From positions 10,478,001 to 10,542,000 of the forward strand of contig NC_042997.1 in assembly GCF_006345805.1 (NCBI RefSeq): a DNA stretch of 64,000 bases. The letters run 5' to 3'. The translations under genes were made by a program, and so were the position numbers. Within the stretch, counting starts at the first letter, position 1, and every line of letters starts with the position of its first letter. The notes beneath the pieces were generated by a model. That model ran no database searches. It was not told where the DNA came from and saw only the letters and a program-made list of their open reading frames with translations. This document shows positions 57,200 through 64,000 of this stretch, piece by piece. Origin of the DNA: Octopus sinensis. Its lineage: Eukaryota.

Positions 57200-57720
57200 T
57201 GATGACATCATTGTATTGTAATCAGACTCTGATGTAAGACACGCTAGCTGCGCTCATACCATCCTTCTTTCTTCGGGACTATCTTCGTCCTTTACGATAT
57301 GAATTCGGCTGTTCTTTCTAGTAAGTCGAGCAACACCCTTAGAGAGATATTTGTTCGTCAACGGATTATTAGATCTCGGTGAAAGTCAAATATATTGTTT
57401 ACAGAATTACCCAAGGGGTCAGATCAGCTTTTAATCTAAACAAACTATGTTCATCTTCATCCCTCATTAAACAAGCAGACATCCAATCGCCGCCGTCATG
57501 GCGTTGTGTACGTTTCGTGCCAGTTCGTGCATCTATTCACTTCCGGGAATTGGAAAACGTTAAACAGAGACTTAAGCTTAGGCATGGTGTAAATGCACAT
57601 ACGTCAGTGCCAATCATACAAACGTCAAATGCAAACACATCTGGATATATTTACAAAGGCGAAACAAAGAATCCGTGGAGCTCGTTAATTATCATAATCG
57701 GCAATCCCCGTTTTAATGCC
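57200..57720. promoter_or_regulatory. CpG-enriched promoter-like segment
   Basis: ETS site acttccggg (~57539), CCAAT boxes (~57482, ~57610), half-CRE sites, gccgccgtcATGG Kozak-like context. Confidence 0.35.
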
Positions 57721-57864
57721 TCTAAAAATGTAGGTCAATGGCTGGTATTTGTCCTGTGCTCTTTTTATTTATTCTGTATGAAAAAAAATATGCATTTTTT
57801 TCATATTATCTCCGGATATGTTTTATATTATACATATATATATGTATATATATATATATATCTA

Positions 57865-57895
<31 letters not shown>

Positions 57896-58064
57896 ACATA
57901 TATATATGTACATATATATATATATATAATATATATGTACATTATATTTTATATATTATATATTTTATATATATATATATAAAATTAATTAAGGTATAAA
58001 TTGATATTTATCAATTAGGACCAGTGGTCTAGCATATTAAAAAAGTCCGAAGATTAAAATATTT

Positions 58065-58450
58065 ATATATACCAATTAGGACTGAACACGAAAAGTGGAC
58101 AGTCAACATGCTAGATATAGACGTCAAATCGCCATTCACCACAAAAGATATGTTCTCAGATCAAACTCAGCACAAAACCATAGCAATAAACAAGTGAAAA
58201 TATACGAATAAATAATTACCCATGTACTAATTAGTTTCAGCTGTTATTTTCCGCAAGAAAACTGGCAGCCATCATCAGCATGGTCCGTTAACGGACCATG
58301 CTGATGTGGCTGCAGTTTTTCACTTGTTTATTGCTATGGTTTTGTGCTGAGTTTGATCTGAGAACATTATCTTTGTGGTGAATGGCGATTTGACGTCTAT
58401 ATCTAGCATGTTGACTGTCCACTTTTCTGTTCATCCTTATTGGTATATAT
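58065..58450. repeat. Near-perfect palindrome centred on 58289/58290
   Basis: Perfect 34-bp core 58273-58306; outer arms 58065-58200 vs 58316-58450; 60 bp present only in the left arm. Confidence 0.93.
58220..58283 (-). ncRNA. Type I hammerhead ribozyme, best-conserved copy
   Basis: CCATG CTGATGA t GGCTG-cca-GTTTTC-ttgcg-GAAAAT-aa-CAGCT GAAA CTAATTAG TA / CATGG. Confidence 0.75.
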
Positions 58451-58839
58451 ATATATATAATATATATATAGATATATATATATATATAGATATATATATA
58501 TATATATATATATATAGATATAAATATATAGCATATATATAAAATAGAATGTACATATATATATATAGATATATATATATATAGATATAATATGTAATTA
58601 TATTTTATATATATACTATATATTTTATATCTATATATATATATATTATATATATATATATATACATACTTTTATAGTTCATTATCACGGCAAGTATTTC
58701 TCGTTAATGTGTTTCTTGTTCCCCTTCAATAGCTAAGGTTGACATTGAACGCTGAAAGGTTTTATTCGTCAGTCAGCCTCGGGATAATTTGCAAACTGCT
58801 CTGTGTTGAGAAATAATACGTCGTGGCAGAGAAGGAGTG

Positions 58840-59535
58840 AGTGAATGAGTGAATGAGTGAGTAACGGAGAAAGCGACTGAGTGAATGGGTGAGAGGGGTT
58901 TGAAGGCTGTTTGTGAATTTGAGTATTTTATTGTCAGAGATTGTAGATGGAGAGAATGAGGCTGAAGCTGAAGAGAACAAGAAATGAAAGAAAATGAAGC
59001 AGCTGAAACGAAGATTAAGATAGATATGAAAGGAAGGTAGGTGGAGGAGGAAATAGGAAGGGAGAGAGGAAGTAAGGGGCAGAAGGAGAAATAGGTAGAA
59101 GGAAGAGGAGAATAAGGGAGGAGAGGAGAGGGAGAGAGAGAAAGGAGGGAGGTGGAAGAGGAGGAGAAAAATAAAGGGGCAAAAGCAAATGGGAGGAGGA
59201 TAAAAAAGAGATGAGATGAGTTAAGTGGTGCAGGAAGGGTATGGAAGAAAAATAGAAAGTGTTTTCGTGATGGGAACCAATAAAACACTCATCAGCAATG
59301 TCGTGTAATACGTATACATTACACTTAATATATATACATATACGTGTATGTGTGCGTGTGCGTGTATGTCTTTATCTGTGCATGTGTGAGTGTGCGGCGT
59401 ATGTGTGTGCATGTGTACAGCATGTGTGTGAGTATGCGGCGTGTGCGTGTATGTCTTTATCTGTGCATGTGTGAGTGTGCGGCGTATGTGTGTGCATGTG
59501 TGTGAGTATGCGGCGTGTGTGTGTATGTACTGCGT

Positions 59536-59570
<35 letters not shown>

Positions 59571-59710
59571 AACGTGTGAATGTGTGTGTGTCTATGTGTG
59601 TGCGTGCACAGTGTGTGTGCGTGTGCAGTATGTGTGTGCGTGCAGTGTGTGTGCGTGTGGTGTGTGTGTGTGTGGTGTGTGTGGTGTGTGTGTGTATCCG
59701 TGTGCATATA
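58840..59710. repeat. Polypurine tract (58840-59270) and TG-rich minisatellite with ~85-bp period (59340-59710)
   Basis: Direct reading. Confidence 0.88.
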
Positions 59711-59952
59711 TATTTTTATACATTACCGTGTTCTTGTCATTCATTAGACCGCGGCTACTTTAGGGTTGCACTTTGAATAATTTAATCATTCAAATCATCA
59801 CGAGTACTTATTTCATACAAAAGCGCTAAGTTAAGGGGACGTAAATTATGGGAGGGGCGTAAATAGACTAACACCGGTTATCAAGTAGTAAAAAGTCAAA
59901 CGCAAAAACTAAGATACACACACACGCACACTTACACATGTACACATATATA

Positions 59953-60499
59953 TTCTTTTATTCTTTTACTTGTTTCAGTGATTTGATTGCGGCCATACTG
60001 GATCACCGCCTTGAAGTGTTTTTGTTGAAGGATTCGACACCAGAACTTATTTTTAAGCCTAGTACTCATTCTAGCGATCACTTTGCCGAACCGCCAAGTT
60101 ACGGGAATATAAACACACTGACACCGGTTGTCAAGCAATGATCGGAGACAAACAAGACACACACATACACACATATATGTGTATGTATGTATGCATGTAT
60201 GTATATATGTATTTATGTATGCATGTATGTATGTATGTATGTATGATGTATGTATGTACGTATGTATGTATGTATGTTGTATGTATGTATGTAGTATGTA
60301 TGTATGTATGTATGTATGTAGGCATGTATGTATGTATGTATGCATGTATATATACGACGGACTTCTTTCAGTTTCCAGCAACCAAATCCACTCGCGAGGC
60401 TTTGGTCGGCCCGAGGCTATAGTAGAAGACATTTGCCTAAGGTGTCACGCAGTGGGACTGAACTCGGAACCATGTGGTTGGGAAGCAAGATTCTTACCA
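59953..60499 (-). mobile_element. Family-C SINE with internal (CATA)n
   Basis: All modules present. Confidence 0.88.
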
Positions 60500-61089
60500 T
60501 GCGTATTTACTTCTCACGTTTTACGTTTCCGTTTTATTAGGCGACTGAATCAAATCATTCTATCTATATCGGAGGAATTATATCAGAAAGGCAGAGAATT
60601 GATGGTGCACATTCATCCTTAAACTAAACAAATAACATTTTTTTTTTTTAATGAACAAGTATATAATCAAAATGCCAAAACTACGTTACACTGAAGAGGC
60701 ATGTGAGTTATGTGTAGCCGGCTGCCGTCAATAAGCATTTGAGGTTATTATCCGTCTATTGAAGAATGGATTACGGCACTGCAGTTGTGATATGCTCTGA
60801 CTCAACGTTCAATAAATAATATTTTACTCTGTTCACTTGGAATGAGTACTTGTGTTTATTTATATTCATACATGTGATACTTTTCACTCATATATATGCA
60901 TGCGTGTTCATATATATGTATGTTTCTATCTAGCTGTCTAGCTATTTATCTATGTAGCATTATACTGACTGTGTATATGTGTCTATACTACTACTATACT
61001 ATATATATTATATCTATAATATATATATAATATATGTATATCTTATATATAATATATATATATATATATTATATTATACATATACATAT

Positions 61090-61290
61090 TCTCTTTTACT
61101 CTTTTACTTGTTTCAGTCTTTGACTGTGGCCATGCTGGAACACCCCGCCTTAGTCGAGCAAATCGACCCCAGGACTTATTCTTTGTAAGCCTAGTACTTA
61201 TTCTATCGGTCTCTTTTACCGAACCGCTAAGTTAGGGCACGTAAACACACCTACATCGGTTGTCAAACACAGACACACAAACATACACAC
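61090..61290 (-). mobile_element. Family-C SINE 3' module
   Basis: ttgtttcagtctttgactgtggccatgctgg...gaaccgctaag...catcggttgtc. Confidence 0.85.
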
Positions 61291-61416
61291 ACGCACATAC
61301 ATACATACAACATACATACATACATACATACATACATACTACATACATACATACACACATACATACATACCTACATACATACATAATACATACATACATA
61401 TATACATACATGCATA

Positions 61417-61453
<37 letters not shown>

Positions 61454-61956
61454 ATGATAGTATATATATGGGTAAATATAATATTTGATCTATGTTAGCA
61501 ATTATACTGACTGTGTAATTTTGTCTATACTATACTATATATATTTTATATATATATACATATCTCTTTTATTTTGTACTAGTTTCAGCCTTGACTGTGG
61601 CATGCTGAGCACGCCTTAGCTGTCTAGCTATTATCATATATATTGATCATTATCATTCTCTTTTACTTAAACTGTTAGTCCTTTGATATATCTTGAAAAG
61701 CCTTATATAATAATCTAATTTTATGTATGGCCTTACGTTTTCTGTTTATTGCCTAATACTGGTGATTATATTTAATTTTAATATAAATTATTATTTTATA
61801 TATCTTAATTTTTATATAATATATGTATATATTTATCTCTAATAATATTATATATATATATATAAAGTTAATCCAAACAAGAAACACAAAAAAAACACAA
61901 CAACGCGAGGACGTGGAACAAATATAGTATTATTGGACGCTCAGGAAAGAAGGGGG

Positions 61957-61990
61957 GTTAACGTTTCGAGCGGAGCTCTTCGTCGGAAAC
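61957..61990 (-). ncRNA. Minimal type I hammerhead-like motif
   Basis: GTTT CCGACGA a GAGC-tcc-GCTC GAAA CG TT / AAC. Confidence 0.5.
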
Positions 61991-62010
61991 ATAGGAAACA
62001 TATATATATA

Positions 62011-62042
<32 letters not shown>

Positions 62043-62135
62043 GCAGTTTCCGTCTACCAAATTACCAAATCCACTCACAAGGTGCCACGCAGTGGGAATG
62101 AACCGGGACCATGTGCCTACTTACCACACAACCAC
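62043..62135 (-). mobile_element. Family-C SINE head fragment
   Basis: ccactcacaaggtgccacgcagtgggaatgaaccgggaccatgtg. Confidence 0.75.
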
Positions 62136-62144
62136 TCCTGCGCC

Positions 62145-62176
<32 letters not shown>

Positions 62177-62207
62177 AAGAGAGAGGAGAAAGAGAGAGAG
62201 AGAGGAG

Positions 62208-62251
<44 letters not shown>

Positions 62252-63084
62252 TATATGTATACACACACATAGTCTATCAACACGCATGTATATAGTCGGC
62301 TATGTATGAACGGGTATCGAAGTTGTCAATTAGCAAATGAATGTCTAGATGTGAGGTCAGTGCTTTGAATGTTTCACGGCCAATGCGTTTTATATGCTTT
62401 TAAACTCTAAATGTCTCAATATACTATATTCTACTCTAAACTACTATACCAAATTTGGGATAATAGCAGATGTCTACAAAACTGACAAGTGTTTTCCGTT
62501 GGCTTGCAGTGCAACGTTTATCTTCTCCTGTGATCACAGAATAATATGTTACCACCACATAAAGATAATCAATTATATTTCCCTTGATACAGAATATATT
62601 TTCTTTAGTTCGAAACTTACATTGCAGTTTCAAGCAAAATACGAATGCTACAAAAGACACTCAGGTAGTGTATGAGGCAATGCTCTTGATTGCATGCTTT
62701 TATCTATTACTTTTCTAACTAAAAAAGAGCCACGAATGGATAGGTTCATTTAATTATCTTTCATGCTTAGTTGTTTAAAATCTACAACCCCTGGTATCAC
62801 TAGTCTAAGAAAAGTGTCTCAATGACTGGGATTTAAAATATGTTGGCAACCCGCGCGCACACAGACCTTAAACTGAGAGACATGCTAGATCAATAGAAGT
62901 TTTACACCCGTTACCTGTTAATAAACAAACATTTTAGACCAGAACAAGTTTAACACCACTTCACAGACTTATTAGTTTATAGACATGATAGGCCAGAATG
63001 ATTATAACGCCGCTTCATAGATGCGCTCAGAGTTCACTATTCCTCCTCCTCACCCTTGCAAGCTGTCTGCCTTGTATTTTAGCT

Positions 63085-64000
63085 TCATTTTTTCGATAAA
63101 AGACACTGCGGAAAATGCCACAGACGGCTCCAATTCTGAGCAATTGTACTCCATTGACTAATGAAGGCATCTTTAAGTATCTTAAAAATAACTTTAAAAC
63201 TATTTTTTTCCTGATTCTTGTTCTGTTTGTACTTGATTTCTATTCTGCCCATTTCGTACTTCTTACACTTGGGAGCAATCTTTATGTTTAATTCTTTCTG
63301 TGTCATGTCTTAAATTTACTATTCTTTCACACTCTTCTAACACTTGTTGTAAGCTTACAGTCTGGTTTTGTTCCAGCTTAGCAATAACTCTTGTTCTCAC
63401 TTCTGCTTCTTTCTCTGCAGTTAGTCCCTGAGTAAATATCAGGCACTTGAACATATCTGGCGTTAATTCGTCCGCCTTGAACTTTTCACATCCCATGTTA
63501 ACTCTACCACCATATGTGATGTAGTCCTCCTCGTTGTTCTTTTCTAGGTTCAAACATTTCCAACGTGTATTGAACAACGAGCTTTTCTCACTAAAAACTT
63601 TACAAAATATGTCTATTGTATATTTAAAGTTTACATCATATTTTTTCGGGAGTTCGTAATTGATGTAACGCTCATGTTCTCCTGTCGTCAGTTTTCTTAA
63701 GATTAAACGCGTTTTCGTATTGTCGTCCCATCTTTGCACTCCTTATTGAAGATCCGTTCGTATCTTCTATAGTAAGCCTCGAAGGTAACTCCTTCGCCTG
63801 GTTTGTACTTAAACTCTTATCGAGTTCGCAACATAATCTGGCTAGAAATTTTTTCAGCATTTCCTGACGACTTACCATTCATTAATTGCAGCATTTGTTG
63901 CTCTAATAATAATTGTTGTTGTTGTTGCTTCTGCTGTTATTCTTGCAGGTGTAGCTGCTGTTGTTGTTGTTGTAGCTGTTTTTGCTGTTGTTCTTGCAGT
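63085..64000 (-). mobile_element. Ty3/Gypsy (K02A2.6-like) gag, degenerate, running off the window edge
   Basis: Poly-Q leader, EFKYKPGEGVTFEAYYRRYE, WDDNTKTRLILRKL, SLFNTRWKCLNL, ELTPDMFKCLIFTQGL; frameshifts and stops. Confidence 0.88.

Noticed and set aside
57379-57999. 206-aa ORF
   Set aside because: Starts at a non-ATG codon, runs into a TA microsatellite and has no recognisable domain.
58773-59288. 171-aa Ser/Leu/Pro/Phe-rich ORF
   Set aside because: Translation of the polypyrimidine strand of a purine tract.
59340-59710. Regularly spaced repeats as a possible CRISPR array
   Set aside because: TG-based minisatellite without unique spacers; eukaryotic context; no cas genes.
62470-62647. 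Two minus-strand micro-exon candidates (62621-62647 and ~62480-62520)
   Set aside because: Good splice signals, but joining them gives a stop in every frame and there is no other support.

Overview
AT-rich, repeat-dominated eukaryotic DNA with no recognisable intact protein-coding gene, rRNA, true tRNA or CRISPR array. The SINE families and microsatellite load look like a coleoid cephalopod, probably Octopus (inferred from repeat content, not a database hit). The window holds many microsatellites and roughly 35 tRNA-derived SINE copies built from shuffled modules. Other TE remnants: a full-length dead mariner nested in a SINE, a pogo fragment, four R4/Dong-type LINE fragments, a Penelope-like element (RT thumb plus GIY-YIG), MITE/fold-back elements and a Ty3/Gypsy gag at the right edge. 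The most interesting signal is about ten type-I hammerhead ribozyme (HHR)-like motifs from several unrelated sequence families. Most sit in short microsatellite-flanked cassettes, often head-to-head palindromes (best cases 58065-58450, 53468-53578, 54624-54931, 24461-25035). All motifs were found by eye; none was folded computationally, searched against databases or tested.
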